From Bryobacterales bacterium (GTDB lineage: Bacteria > Acidobacteriota > Terriglobia > Bryobacterales > UBA6623): 64,000 nucleotides of DNA. Numbering within the stretch: position 1 is the stretch's first letter; each line of letters begins with the position of its first letter. The stretch lies in the NCBI GenBank assembly GCA_965219605.1, contig CBDCOC010000004.1, positions 28,000 through 91,999 on the forward strand, given 5' to 3'. The notes beneath the pieces are model-generated. The model saw nothing but the letters and a program-made list of their open reading frames with translations. It ran no database searches and had not been told where the DNA came from. Positions 1-9,405 of the stretch are shown piece by piece. Made by a program: the position numbers and the translations under genes.

Positions 1-1998
1 CAGGCCAGGGAGATCGCCGACGAGCCGCGCGGAAGGATCACGGATTACCAGTGGTCGCCTTGCGGAGGCTATCTGGCGTTCGCCGTCAGCGTCGCTCCCC
101 GCGTCAATTCGATCTTCATTTGGGATGCCGCCGATGACCGGCTGCACCAAGTCGGGGATGCCATGTTCGATGAATTCCTTCCCGCTTGGGGGGAGAAGGG
201 CGATTTCCTGTACTTTCTCAGCGACCGCGAGTTTTCGCCGCAGATCTCGACCGCGGAGTGGAATTTCGCGACGAACCGCCAGACCGGCATCTTCGCCCTC
301 GCCTTGCGCGCCGATGGCGAGCATCCGTTCCCGCCGCAGAGCGACGAAGCGGAACTGGAAGAGGAGAAGACCGAAGATCAAGGCGAGGGCGAGGGCGGGG
401 AACTGGAATCGACGGCCCCCGCAACCGGCCCGGAACCGGATGCAGGCCCGATCCGAATCGACTTCGACGGGCTCGCCGGCCGTGTGGCCCGCCTGCCTTT
501 GCCGGCCGACAACTATCGGGCCTTGATGGCGGTCGAAGGGGCCTTGCTCGTGTTGCAGGACGGGCCCTTCTATTACGGGCGGAGTGCGGGCGTTGAGCCG
601 GCGGTCAAGATCTTCGACCTTGAGAAGCGCGAGTTCAAGACCGTCACGCAGGCGGGCAGCTTCGCTCTCTCTGCCGACGGCAAGAAGCTGCTGGCCCGCA
701 AGGGGGAAAGCTTCCGGCTGGTGGACGTCAAGCCCGACGCCGAGGATGCCAAGAAGATCTCCACCAGCGGGATGGAACTCGACCTGATCCCGAGCCGCGA
801 GTGGGCCGCCATCTTCAACGAGGTGTGGCGCCGCTACCGGGATTTCTTCTATGTCGAGAACATGCACGGGTATGACTGGCAGGCCATCGGCGACCGCTAC
901 CGGCCCTGGCTGGCGCATGTCAAGCACCGCTCGGACCTCAATTACGTCATCGGCGAGATGATCGGCGAGCTGAACGTCGGCCATGCCTATATTGCCGGCG
1001 GGGATTACGAGTCTCCCGAGCGTCCGGAAGTGGCACTGGCGGGCATGGAGTTCGAACTGGATGCCGGCAGCGGGCGCTATCGCATCGCGCGCATCCTGCA
1101 AGGGCACAACGAGGAAGACGAATACCGCGCCCCCCTGACCGAGATCGGGGTCCATGCCCGCGTCGGCGATTACGTGCTCGCCATTGACGGCGAGGAGTTG
1201 CTGGCCGGCAGCAATCCGTACCGCCTGCTGCGCCACAAGGCATCCAGGCCGGTGGAACTGCTGCTCAATGACGCGCCAGGCGCGGAGGGCGCTCGCAAGA
1301 TCTCGTACCGGCCCATCGCGGACGAGTCCAACCTGCGCTATCTGGGGTGGGTGACCGCCAACCGCAAGGCGGTCGCGGACGCCACCGATGGAAAGGTCGG
1401 CTACATGCACCTGCCCGACATGAGCTCGAGCGGCATCAGCGAGTTCATCAAGTGGTACTACCCGCAGCTGCGCAAGGAAGGCTTGATCGTCGACGTGCGC
1501 GGCAACGGGGGCGGGAATGTCTCCCAGATGTTGATCGAGCGGCTGCGGCGCAAGCTGCTCGGCACCCGTTTCTCGCGCACGAACGACGACTTCCGCACGT
1601 ATCCCGGCGAAGTATTCTTGGGGCACCTGGTCTGCCTGGTGAGCGAGAACTCGGCCTCCGACGGGGACATCTTTGCGGCACGGTTCAAGCAGGCGGGCCT
1701 CGGCCCGCTGATCGGCAAGCGTTCCTGGGGGGGCGTGATCGGCATTACCTCGCACGGCCCCCTGATTGACGGCGGCGACGTGCGCGTGCCGGAGTTCGCG
1801 ACCAACGACCTCGATGGCTCTTGGATCATCGAGGGCCACGGCGTCGATCCCGACATCGTGGTCTCCAACGATGCCGAGGCTGTCATCGCCGGCCGGGACC
1901 AGCAGTTGGAGCGGGCCATCGAAGAGGTGCAGCGCAGGATTCGCGAGGAACCGCGGCAGCTTCCAAGCCGACCGCAGGACCCCGTGCGGATTCGCTGA
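1..1998 (+). CDS. Tricorn-like S41 family peptidase, C-terminal part; the 5' end lies upstream of the window
   Basis: Frame 1 is open from nt 1 with no stop, so the annotated Met at 163 is internal. The C-terminal region carries an S41 catalytic-serine context (LVCLVSENSASDGDIFAARFKQAGLGPLIGKRSWGGVIG), which is typical of tricorn protease homologs. Confidence 0.75.
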   Translation, partial: QAREIADEPRGRITDYQWSPCGGYLAFAVSVAPRVNSIFIWDAADDRLHQVGDAMFDEFLPAWGEKGDFLYFLSDREFSPQISTAEWNFATNRQTGIFALALRADGEHPFPPQSDEAELEEEKTEDQGEGEGGELESTAPATGPEPDAGPIRIDFDGLAGRVARLPLPADNYRALMAVEGALLVLQDGPFYYGRSAGVEPAVKIFDLEKREFKTVTQAGSFALSADGKKLLARKGESFRLVDVKPDAEDAKKISTSGMELDLIPSREWAAIFNEVWRRYRDFFYVENMHGYDWQAIGDRYRPWLAHVKHRSDLNYVIGEMIGELNVGHAYIAGGDYESPERPEVALAGMEFELDAGSGRYRIARILQGHNEEDEYRAPLTEIGVHARVGDYVLAIDGEELLAGSNPYRLLRHKASRPVELLLNDAPGAEGARKISYRPIADESNLRYLGWVTANRKAVADATDGKVGYMHLPDMSSSGISEFIKWYYPQLRKEGLIVDVRGNGGGNVSQMLIERLRRKLLGTRFSRTNDDFRTYPGEVFLGHLVCLVSENSASDGDIFAARFKQAGLGPLIGKRSWGGVIGITSHGPLIDGGDVRVPEFATNDLDGSWIIEGHGVDPDIVVSNDAEAVIAGRDQQLERAIEEVQRRIREEPRQLPSRPQDPVRIR

Positions 1999-2572
1999 GA
2001 CCGGGATTCGATGCCTGTCCGCTGGCAAGACTGACGGTTCAGCCAAGTCTTGAGGCCTGCGCTCTGCTTCCCGCCGGTTTGAAGCCCAGCCGCGCTCGTC
2101 CCCAGGCCACCCTGCGGCGCGCAGGGCTGGCGCTAGCGCAGCATAGGCCAAACTGGCAGTTGCTGGGGCCACGAGCTGTCAGCTACATCTCTCTAGCGGC
2201 TCTTGAACTGCTTAATGAACTGCGCGTGCAGCAGCGGCTCGATCCCCCCTTTTATGTTGGAATAGTGCCCGAACGAGGAATGGCCGCCACGCCCGTGAAG
2301 CCTCTGCCAGCACGGTCGCAGCTGGCGCTAGCCAGCGCTGCGACAACTCACAGTTTCCTGCCCGCCGCAGTGCAGGTAGGAGTGTGCCAAGGGGGCCTGG
2401 CCAGGCCCCCTTGGCAGCGACGGGTCGGACCGTTCCCCCCTCGGATTCTAGGTCCGTCTCTGAGCTTGGTCGGCCCGTCGCACCCATTCCTGCGCGTCCT
2501 GCACGGAAGCGTGGGTACAGACCCGTATCGCAAAAGGATAGGAATACAGGTAGGACCACACCCACTCCCATC

Positions 2573-3358
2573 GTAGTCGCCGGCATCGATGTCGGCAAGG
2601 CGTACCTGGACGCCCGCCTGCTCGACACCGGCCTCGACCGCCGCTATGCAAACACCAAAAGCGGTCGCCGCGCTCTGTGCAACTGGCTGCGCAAGCAGGG
2701 CGTCACTCGCGCTGTCTTCGAACCCACCGGGCGTTACCACCGCCAACTGCACCAATGCCTGGCTGCAGCTGGCTTGGAGACTGTCCTTGTCAATCCCTTG
2801 CGCTCGCGGCGCTTCGCCGAAGCGCTCGGCCAACTCGCCAAGAACGACCGCGTTGATGCGACCATGCTGGCTCGTTTCGGTCGTCTCGCTGACTTGCAAG
2901 CGACCCCGCCACAAGCCGATAACCTGCAACTTCTCCAGGATTTGCTTGTCGCTCGCCGCAAGCTTATCGAACAACTCGGCACCCTGCGCAAGCTGACCGC
3001 CGCACTCAACCCGCAAGCGGCGCGCCGCTTGACCAAGCCGCTCGCCAGCTTGCAGGCCGCCCGCGCCGCCTGCGACCGTGACCTACAAACTTGCCTAGCC
3101 GCCGATGCCGTGCTTGCTCGCCGCGCTGAGATTATCCAGTCCATCCCCGGCTGCGGCCCGCTCAACGCTGCCTGCCTCTGCGCTGCCATGCCCGAACTCG
3201 GCTCGCTCGGCCGCCGCCCGGCCGCCGCGCTACTCGGGCTGGCTCCCTTCGACCGCGATTCCGGCCAACGGCGCGGCACTCGCTCGATGCGCGGCGGGCG
3301 CGCCCAGCCGCGCCACTTGCTCTACATGGCCGCCCTGTCTGCCAGGTACATTTTTTAG
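2573..3358 (+). pseudogene. IS110-family transposase, N-terminal fragment (DEDD/RuvC-like domain), truncated by ISAs1 insertion at 3344/3345
   Basis: Motif IGIDVGK plus a Transposase_20-like middle region. The ORF terminates inside the ISAs1 left inverted repeat immediately after YMAALSA. Confidence 0.75.
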
Positions 3359-5552
3359 TCGGTGCATGCTGCGTGTGAGGGGAGCGGATCGCGTCTGGTG
3401 AGGCTAGTGGAGCAGCGCGCAGGAGTCCGCACAACTCGTTGCGCAGGCGCTGGCGCAGTATTGGCTGGGCTTGGACCGGGTGGCTGGGCCGAGTAGGCGC
3501 AGCGGGAGTGTTGCCAGCACGGTGCGGCTGCATTGGACGGGGCTGGGGCCGGGCTAGTGGCGGGGTGGTTGTAGCAGGCAGTCGAGGGCCTCCTGCGGGC
3601 GGGCCGCGAAATGGCGGTTAGCCTGCGGCAGGTAGCGGAATTGCGGCAGGCCGCGGATGATCGAGATGGCGGTGTTGGTCAGGCAGGCCAGATTGCGCGG
3701 CAAGTCGCGCACATACACGCGGCAGCGGTCCTCGTCGTAGGTGAAGTCGCGCACGTAGTGCAGGCGGTTTTCGATGTGCCAGTGCTTGCGCAGCAGTTGC
3801 GCGAGTTGCGCGGGCGTGGCTTGCGCAGGACTCAGCGAAGTCAGCGCGTAGGTCACTTCGGTGCTGCACTTGCCGGTCTTGACGTGCGTGCGTCGGCGCT
3901 CGACGCGGATCGCCTGCTGACGACCGTACAGCTTGGCAGAGCCATCCCAAGCCGCAGCGCTGATGTCCTTGACTTGGTAGCTGCGGTGCTCGCTACGGCC
4001 ATGCTTGCGGTCGCTGGTTTCCACCAGCGGGCAGTCGCTGAAGTCCATGCTGCGCAGGTCGGCGAGGATGGTTGGCTGGTTGCCCTTGATGGCGGTGATC
4101 AGGTACTCGGCCTGGCACTCGTCGAGCACGCAGCGCGCCGTCTTGTGCTGGGCGTGCAGCGCGTCGCCGGTCACCACGCGGCCCTGCAGCGGCAGTTGCC
4201 GGGCCAAGTCGCAGAAGGCCGGGATCTCGTTGCTCTTGCTGTCGATCTCGAGCTGCCCCAGCACCACGCCGCTATCCTGTTCCACGGCCGCGAGCAGCAT
4301 GCGGCGCCCCCGCTTGGTCTGCTTCGAAGCCCCGCGCACGTCCTTGCCATCCAAGCTCACTGCGGGCAGCTGCGCCGGCCCGCTGCCGGTCGCCGGCGCC
4401 GCGTCCGCCGCTGGCCGGGCTTGGATGTGCGCGCTCTGCTGGCCGGCCCAAGCGCGCGTGGCTTGTTCCAGCGTCTGCGGCTCCAAGCTCGCCAAGATGT
4501 TGTGGAAGGTGGTGATCGAAGGACTCGTGTAGCAGTCCTTGCTGGGGCTGCGGAAACACTCCACCGCCGCCCGCTGGCCCTGGTCCAGCAAGGCTGCGAA
4601 CTGGGCGCAAGCGGTCACGCCGCGGTAGCCGCACAGGCGCGCCGCCACGGCCAGTGTCAGCACGCAGCGTAGTTCGTAGCGCTTGCCGCGAGCGTGCCGG
4701 TACTCGGGCACCTCGCCCAGAAACTCGAACAGACTGCGCAGCGTCTGCGCGTCCGGTGGTTGGCTGCGCTCGGGCCCCGCCCAGCACGGATCGTCCGCGC
4801 TGTGGGCCAGTTGCTGCGCCGCATGAGCTTGCACTTCGTACACAAACACCTCCTTGGGTTGACCGTGGCGGCGCCACTGCGGCCTGGCCGCCGGCACGCG
4901 CGCGTAACCGCCGCTCTGCCCCAGCCAGCGCCAGTTGGCGGCCCGGTAGCACGTGCCGGCGAAGCGTTGCTTGTCGACGAACGACTCCGCCAGCAGGATC
5001 GGGAAGCCATGCGCCGCCAGCATGTCGTCCGACAGCCGCCGCACACTCAAGCCCAGCACGCGCGAGGCCAGATTGGGCTGGCCCTGCCAGGCGGGCAGAA
5101 TCACAAAGCGCGAGTTCTGCAACACCAGGTGCAGGCGCTGGCGCCGCTGCTGCGCGCTCCAGCCGATCCAGCGGTCGCGGGCCGCCAGCTTGAGCGCGGC
5201 GGCCTGCCAGCCCAGCAAAGCGATCCACTGCTCGCCGAGCGTGGCCACTTGGCGCAGGGCCTTGCCGAACAGGCCCGTGAACGACAGATAGTGGTGGGCC
5301 GCCATCAAGCGATCCCAGCGCCGGTGCTCGCGCGCCCCCTGCGTGGGACGCACGCGCACCGTGCGCAAATCCAGCTCGCCCCCGCCGCTTGGCACAGCCA
5401 TTACAAGCTAGCCTGACAGATGGACAACAAAATGTCCAGCCCCCTGTGGCCCATTCCGCTCGGCAGCCGACCTGCGAGCGGCTAACCGCCAGGCACCGCC
5501 CCTATCCCTCCTGCCGTGCTCTGCCTCAAATCCGGACTAAAAAATGGTCCTG
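3343..5552. mobile_element. ISAs1-family insertion sequence (~2.2 kb) nested inside the IS110 transposase gene
   Basis: Imperfect terminal inverted repeats: CAGGTACATTTTTTAGTC at 3343-3360 and its partner at 5535-5552 (reverse complement CAGGACCATTTTTTAGTC). A flanking direct repeat CCCTGTCTGC(CA) lies at 3332-3344 and 5552-5564, giving a 10-13 bp target-site duplication whose exact length depends on where the repeat ends. One transposase ORF lies inside. Confidence 0.8.
3554..5401 (-). CDS. ISAs1-family DDE transposase with N-terminal DUF4338-like domain
   Basis: 615 aa. The C-terminal signature HWHIENRLHYVRDFTYDEDRCRV is diagnostic of ISAs1/DDE_Tnp_1. The N-terminal HHYLSFTGLFGKALRQ...WIGW block is conserved with this family. 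Confidence 0.8.
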   Translation of the reverse strand: MAVPSGGGELDLRTVRVRPTQGAREHRRWDRLMAAHHYLSFTGLFGKALRQVATLGEQWIALLGWQAAALKLAARDRWIGWSAQQRRQRLHLVLQNSRFVILPAWQGQPNLASRVLGLSVRRLSDDMLAAHGFPILLAESFVDKQRFAGTCYRAANWRWLGQSGGYARVPAARPQWRRHGQPKEVFVYEVQAHAAQQLAHSADDPCWAGPERSQPPDAQTLRSLFEFLGEVPEYRHARGKRYELRCVLTLAVAARLCGYRGVTACAQFAALLDQGQRAAVECFRSPSKDCYTSPSITTFHNILASLEPQTLEQATRAWAGQQSAHIQARPAADAAPATGSGPAQLPAVSLDGKDVRGASKQTKRGRRMLLAAVEQDSGVVLGQLEIDSKSNEIPAFCDLARQLPLQGRVVTGDALHAQHKTARCVLDECQAEYLITAIKGNQPTILADLRSMDFSDCPLVETSDRKHGRSEHRSYQVKDISAAAWDGSAKLYGRQQAIRVERRRTHVKTGKCSTEVTYALTSLSPAQATPAQLAQLLRKHWHIENRLHYVRDFTYDEDRCRVYVRDLPRNLACLTNTAISIIRGLPQFRYLPQANRHFAARPQEALDCLLQPPRH

Positions 5553-5564
5553 CCCTGTCTGCCA

Positions 5565-5844
5565 CCCGCCGCCAGCCCGTCGCCCAAGCCTGCTAGTGGC
5601 TAACGGCAAGTTCCACAAGCTCGCCCTCGTGGCTGTCATGCGCCGCTTGGCCTGCCTGCTCGACACCCTCTTGCGCGAAGCGCGAAGATCGCCTCTGGCA
5701 ACCCGAACCGCCCGCACGCCCTGCCGAGGCCCTCGCATGAATTGCCTGCTCCTCGCTGCCCGGCACTCCACGCCAGGCCCCCTCGCCTGCCACTGGCGCC
5801 CTCTTTTCCCGCTCCTGCCGCTTGACTTTCAACACGGAAGCTCT
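5565..5844 (+). pseudogene. IS110-family transposase C-terminal fragment plus element right end
   Basis: KLALVAVMRRLACLLDTLLRE matches the IS110-family C-terminus (KVALVAxMRKLL..LNAMLR). The nucleotide sequence is ~90% identical to the block at 42961-43189. Confidence 0.7.
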
Positions 5845-6100
5845 CGGATTGGTTGCTTTGCTGTGAAACTGCTAGACGCGGGGATGCAACAACCCCCACC
5901 CCGCTGTTGCGGGCTGACAACGTCTTAGGTCCGTTGCGAAGCGAAGACGAGTCGCGTCGATCTCAGGGGCAGTCCCGATTTATGGACCAAGGCAGCGGAT
6001 CACGGAATCCACTCTACCTCGCACCAACGGACAGCGGCACTCTCTTGAGTGCTCCTCGCAGTACACACAGTTTCATGCCCTCGGGGTGATTGCCCGCCGC

Positions 6101-7366
6101 TCATGGTTGTTTCTTATTTCGGCGAGACAGCCCAGGGAGCAACAGCGTGGAAGGAAGCGCCACACGATCTGTGGGGGCGAGTCGTTGAACTGATCGGGAC
6201 CGCACCTTGTTTTCCGAATTGAGAATTGCAAATTCTCGTTCCTTCATGAGTCTTATGATCACTTGGTCCAAATCGGAGAAGCGCGCCGCTGTTTGGTTCG
6301 CAAGCATGTGCCGCAACACGTCTATTGTGACGGGCTGTTCAGACACCAGCGCAAACAGCTCCTTGGGAAGAGAATCCAGTAGCTCTGTTCGCATGTTCTC
6401 TTCATCGAGTTCACCGAATTTGAACAATGGCAGGGTCTCCGAGACTTTCAAGGCATCCCAGCCCAGCATCCCGAATCCACCTTGTCCGTAATGTTCAAAG
6501 ATATTATGAATGTCCCAATGCTGTTGAATCATCACGTCACGTGCCGTTGGATGTCTTGAAAGATGGAGAAACCACAAGGCTCGCCTCGACTGCTGTGGCC
6601 GAATGAAGAAAGGCGTATCGTACGTTGCGCCGGTTATGTTCCGGGCGTGCTGGCGCAGCGTTCTTTGTACAAGCGCCCTGCCGCCGTCTCCGTCTCTTTG
6701 CTGTATCAGTTTGTAAATCTGAGAATCGGTTAACTGAAGCGGTGCTACCCCCTTGGCCATCGATGGAGTTTCCGCCAGATGGTTAACCAGTGCATCCGCC
6801 GCAAATGTGAGTATCACCTCGGCAGCAGGGAGTTCGCTAAAAATTCGGGACACGAGCGAGAGTTGCACCTGCGAGAACCCGGTCTGATCGAGAAGGAAAA
6901 TTGCACGTCTCGAGCGAGGTTGTCGTTGCCGAACCGATGAAATAATGCTCTCGATTTCCTGTTCGAAGGGTCCGTTTCTGACAACTATCCTGTCGTCATC
7001 GACATGATGGCCACGCTCACCGAGGACTTTTCGAAGATGGTCTGTGTGCGCTTGCTCCTTATCGACAAAGTAGAACCTGCAATCGATATGCAGATGCTTT
7101 GTGCGCCTCTCGTTCAGCCTGCCGCCTGCCGCTTCGGCTTCTTCGAGCATGATCAGGGGCGTACCCGAAACCTCGGTAGTCGCGTCAAGGAACAAGCCTC
7201 CGCCCGCAAACCCGTCAATAAGGTCGAGTTTGAACCCCTCTCGGACTGGATTGACGTTCAATCTGTCGAAGTATGCCCGAAGATAGCTGCGCAAAACCTT
7301 CAGTTTCGCTTTGCTATGCGTTTCAATGGACGGCGGTGGGCCGTCAGGGTGCCATTTGAACGGCAT
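6101..7366 (-). CDS. tcmP: Three-Cys-motif partner protein TcmP (TIGR04474-like)
   Basis: 421 aa. The N-terminus W..DG.PP...HSKAKL..L..YL..Y plus LDLIDGFAGGG is a glycine-rich Rossmann/SAM-like motif. The gene overlaps the DUF5131 gene upstream by 23 bp, which is the canonical pairing for this family. Confidence 0.65.
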   Translation of the reverse strand: MPFKWHPDGPPPSIETHSKAKLKVLRSYLRAYFDRLNVNPVREGFKLDLIDGFAGGGLFLDATTEVSGTPLIMLEEAEAAGGRLNERRTKHLHIDCRFYFVDKEQAHTDHLRKVLGERGHHVDDDRIVVRNGPFEQEIESIISSVRQRQPRSRRAIFLLDQTGFSQVQLSLVSRIFSELPAAEVILTFAADALVNHLAETPSMAKGVAPLQLTDSQIYKLIQQRDGDGGRALVQRTLRQHARNITGATYDTPFFIRPQQSRRALWFLHLSRHPTARDVMIQQHWDIHNIFEHYGQGGFGMLGWDALKVSETLPLFKFGELDEENMRTELLDSLPKELFALVSEQPVTIDVLRHMLANQTAARFSDLDQVIIRLMKEREFAILNSENKVRSRSVQRLAPTDRVALPSTLLLPGLSRRNKKQP

Positions 7367-8105
7367 GGTTGTCCTTCTCGGTCAACAGCGCGGGCATTGC
7401 GCTATGCTCCATCCCCTCCAACTTGCGGCCACCGGCCTTCGGCGTTTGCCCGCCCCACTGCTTGAAGAAGAACGGCACGCCAGAACGGGAGCAGAGGTCG
7501 CGTATGTCCAAGACCCACTCCAACTGCATGGGGCGGGCTTGTGGGCCGCTTTCTCCTCCGACGATTACCCAAGAAATTCCGCTTAGGTCGATCTTTCCGA
7601 TGGGGCCCAAGAGCGGCTCAATCGAGAGGAATCGCACCGCGGCCGGTGCAGTTCGCAAATGTTCGATTCTTGCCGTTGCCGAGCTATCCTCAACGGACAC
7701 TCCGCACCAGATGTGGTCGGGAGCTGAACCGTCGGTGTACCGATGCCGCAGATAGCTTCTCATAAGTGAGCTGCGCTTTGTCAAGATCTGATAGACATGC
7801 CTGTCTACCGTTTCCATCGTTTCGAATACGCTGTCTACCAAACTCCGCTCTACCTTCTTGTGAAACAAGTCGCTCATGGAATTAACGAATATCATTCGTG
7901 GCTTGCGCCATCGTGCGGGCTGGTCGAGCCGCGACGGCCACTGTCGAAGATCGAAACCTTGCTCGTAGGGGTGCCCGGAAACGCCGCGCCAGCGCTCGGC
8001 GAAGCGCGCTGCGTAACAGTGGTCGCAGCCACGGGTGATCTTCGTGCAACCGGTCACCGGATTCCAAGTTGCATCGGTCCATTCAATTGCAGACTTAGCG
8101 CTCAT
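7344..8105 (-). CDS. Phage Gp37/Gp68 family protein (DUF5131) with three-Cys CxxxxxxxxCxxC motif
   Basis: 253 aa. IEWTDATWNPVTGCTKITRGCDHCYA and KPRMIFVNSMSDLFHKKV are hallmark blocks of PF07505. The gene is translationally coupled to tcmP. Confidence 0.85.
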   Translation of the reverse strand: MSAKSAIEWTDATWNPVTGCTKITRGCDHCYAARFAERWRGVSGHPYEQGFDLRQWPSRLDQPARWRKPRMIFVNSMSDLFHKKVERSLVDSVFETMETVDRHVYQILTKRSSLMRSYLRHRYTDGSAPDHIWCGVSVEDSSATARIEHLRTAPAAVRFLSIEPLLGPIGKIDLSGISWVIVGGESGPQARPMQLEWVLDIRDLCSRSGVPFFFKQWGGQTPKAGGRKLEGMEHSAMPALLTEKDNHAVQMAP

Positions 8106-8142
8106 GATACAATTGCCGGGTCAGTTTGAACTTGAGCACGCC

Positions 8143-8419
8143 CTAGTCTCGCAGAGCGGAGGCAGGATCGTTTTGTGTTTTTACGCTACCGCACCAAGGC
8201 TGTTCTTGGCCACCAGCGCCCACCCGCATGGTTCGCTTGGACATCAGATCGGCCTCGGTGAGTCCGAGCGCTGCCTCGCGTGCGGCCACCCAGACCGGCA
8301 TCGACCGAGCTGCGACGAGCGCGATCCACCGCCCCGCATAACGCAGCATCGTTGATTCCCTTGCGATCAGCCAACCGGGCAAACGCCTTGGTCCTGAATG
8401 TCCGCAATCTACGTCCCAC
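8143..8419 (-). pseudogene. Degraded RelE/HigB-like (DUF1044-type) toxin gene, frameshifted
   Basis: Two overlapping minus-strand reading frames carry TKAFARLADRKGINDAALCGAV...VDAGLGG. This resembles DUF1044 toxins (TKWFARWAKKEGLSDAALCEAV...IDADLGGG). There is no intact ORF. Confidence 0.35.
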
Positions 8420-8782
8420 CGATCACCGCTTATTCTATAGCACCGAGTGCGGTCTCTGTCATTCCAGCCTCGCTGGTACCAGCGTCCTTGTGTCGTGTCG
8501 TTGCCGACGTGACCAGAACGCCCGCTGCGATTATGCGCCGTTCCTTCGTATCCGTATCGCCGGCAATGCGACCGCTATCGCCGCCTGCCAGCCTTGTGCC
8601 GCCGAGAGGAGCGGGCCGGTCGGAAGCAGGCGCGGGAGCTTCGGGCGGCCCGTGAAAGAGGCCGCCTCCAATAGACTTCTTTGCGGGGAAGGCCATCTAC
8701 CGCGTCAGAATTCCGTTAGGAATCTGGAGTTCTAGGCAGCGGGGGGTTGCGCCGGGGGCGGACTCTGGGTAGCTTGTGCGGC

Positions 8783-9405
8783 TCAGATCCGATTGCGTCG
8801 CCGCAGGGCGGCATGGGAATTGTCACGCTGCAAGGGAGACGGCCTGCTAGCGGGCTGGGGCTCGAGTCTGGCGAAGGCCAGTGGCAGTTCGGGCAGCGTG
8901 CCGCAGAGGAGGCGGACATAGTCGGGCTGGCGCAGGTTAGCGACAAGCGCCACCTGGGCTGGTTGGTCCTGCATGTCGCGGCTCAAATGGGCACTCCCGA
9001 CACGGCGGCGCAAGCTTTGCTTGGCGCGGGCGAAGAACTGCTCCAAAACGTTGTTGGTGCGGGCCACAACCGCCACTACGCGCCCCTGCTGGTCGTGCAG
9101 CACAGGCTGGCCGCAGAGTTGGGAGCGTAGCGCTCCAAGTAGTCCAGCAAGATGGCGGCGGGTGGTTGCTCAGCAGCACGGGCGGGGTAGCTTACGGACT
9201 CGTTGGCGCAGGCTGTGGTGGTAGCGTTGGCAGGCGGCGGCAATGGCTCGCAGGCGCGTGGCTTGGGCGGCGGGGGAGAGCGGTTCGGGGCGCGGGCCTT
9301 GGCCGTGCGGCAGGTCGCGGGGGAGAGGCGCAGGATGTCGCGCAACTCGCAGAACAGCGCCTGGCGGTGCGTGAGTCGACGCACAGCCGCGGCGGCCTGT
9401 TGCAA
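8783..9405 (-). pseudogene. Transposase remnant, possibly IS5/IS1182-like, frameshifted
   Basis: Minus-strand fragments include TNNVLEQFFARAKQSLRRRVG. This resembles the IS5-family C-terminal block E.FF.KLK.FRR[VI]A.RY.K. Several frames are broken. Confidence 0.3.

Larger units (their letters stand above)
2000..5844. mobile_element. IS110-family insertion sequence interrupted by a nested ISAs1-family element. The left boundary is uncertain and lies somewhere in 2000-2570; the right end is at ~5844.
   Basis: The N-terminal part of a DEDD transposase (IVVAGIDVGKAYLDARL...YMAALSA) is at 2573-3344. Its C-terminal part (LVANGKFHKLALVAVMRRLACLLDTLLRE) and terminal sequence ...TTGACTTTCAACACGGAAGCTC are at 5565-5844. 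The same right-end sequence recurs at 11850-11879 and 42961-43189. Confidence 0.7.

Noticed and set aside
3611-5228. Long plus-strand and alternate-frame ORFs (3611..4672, 4272..5228, 4694..5416, 4005..4532) overlapping the ISAs1 transposase
   Set aside because: They are antisense or alt-frame to a confidently assigned transposase. They are arginine- and alanine-rich translations typical of spurious ORFs in high-GC DNA.
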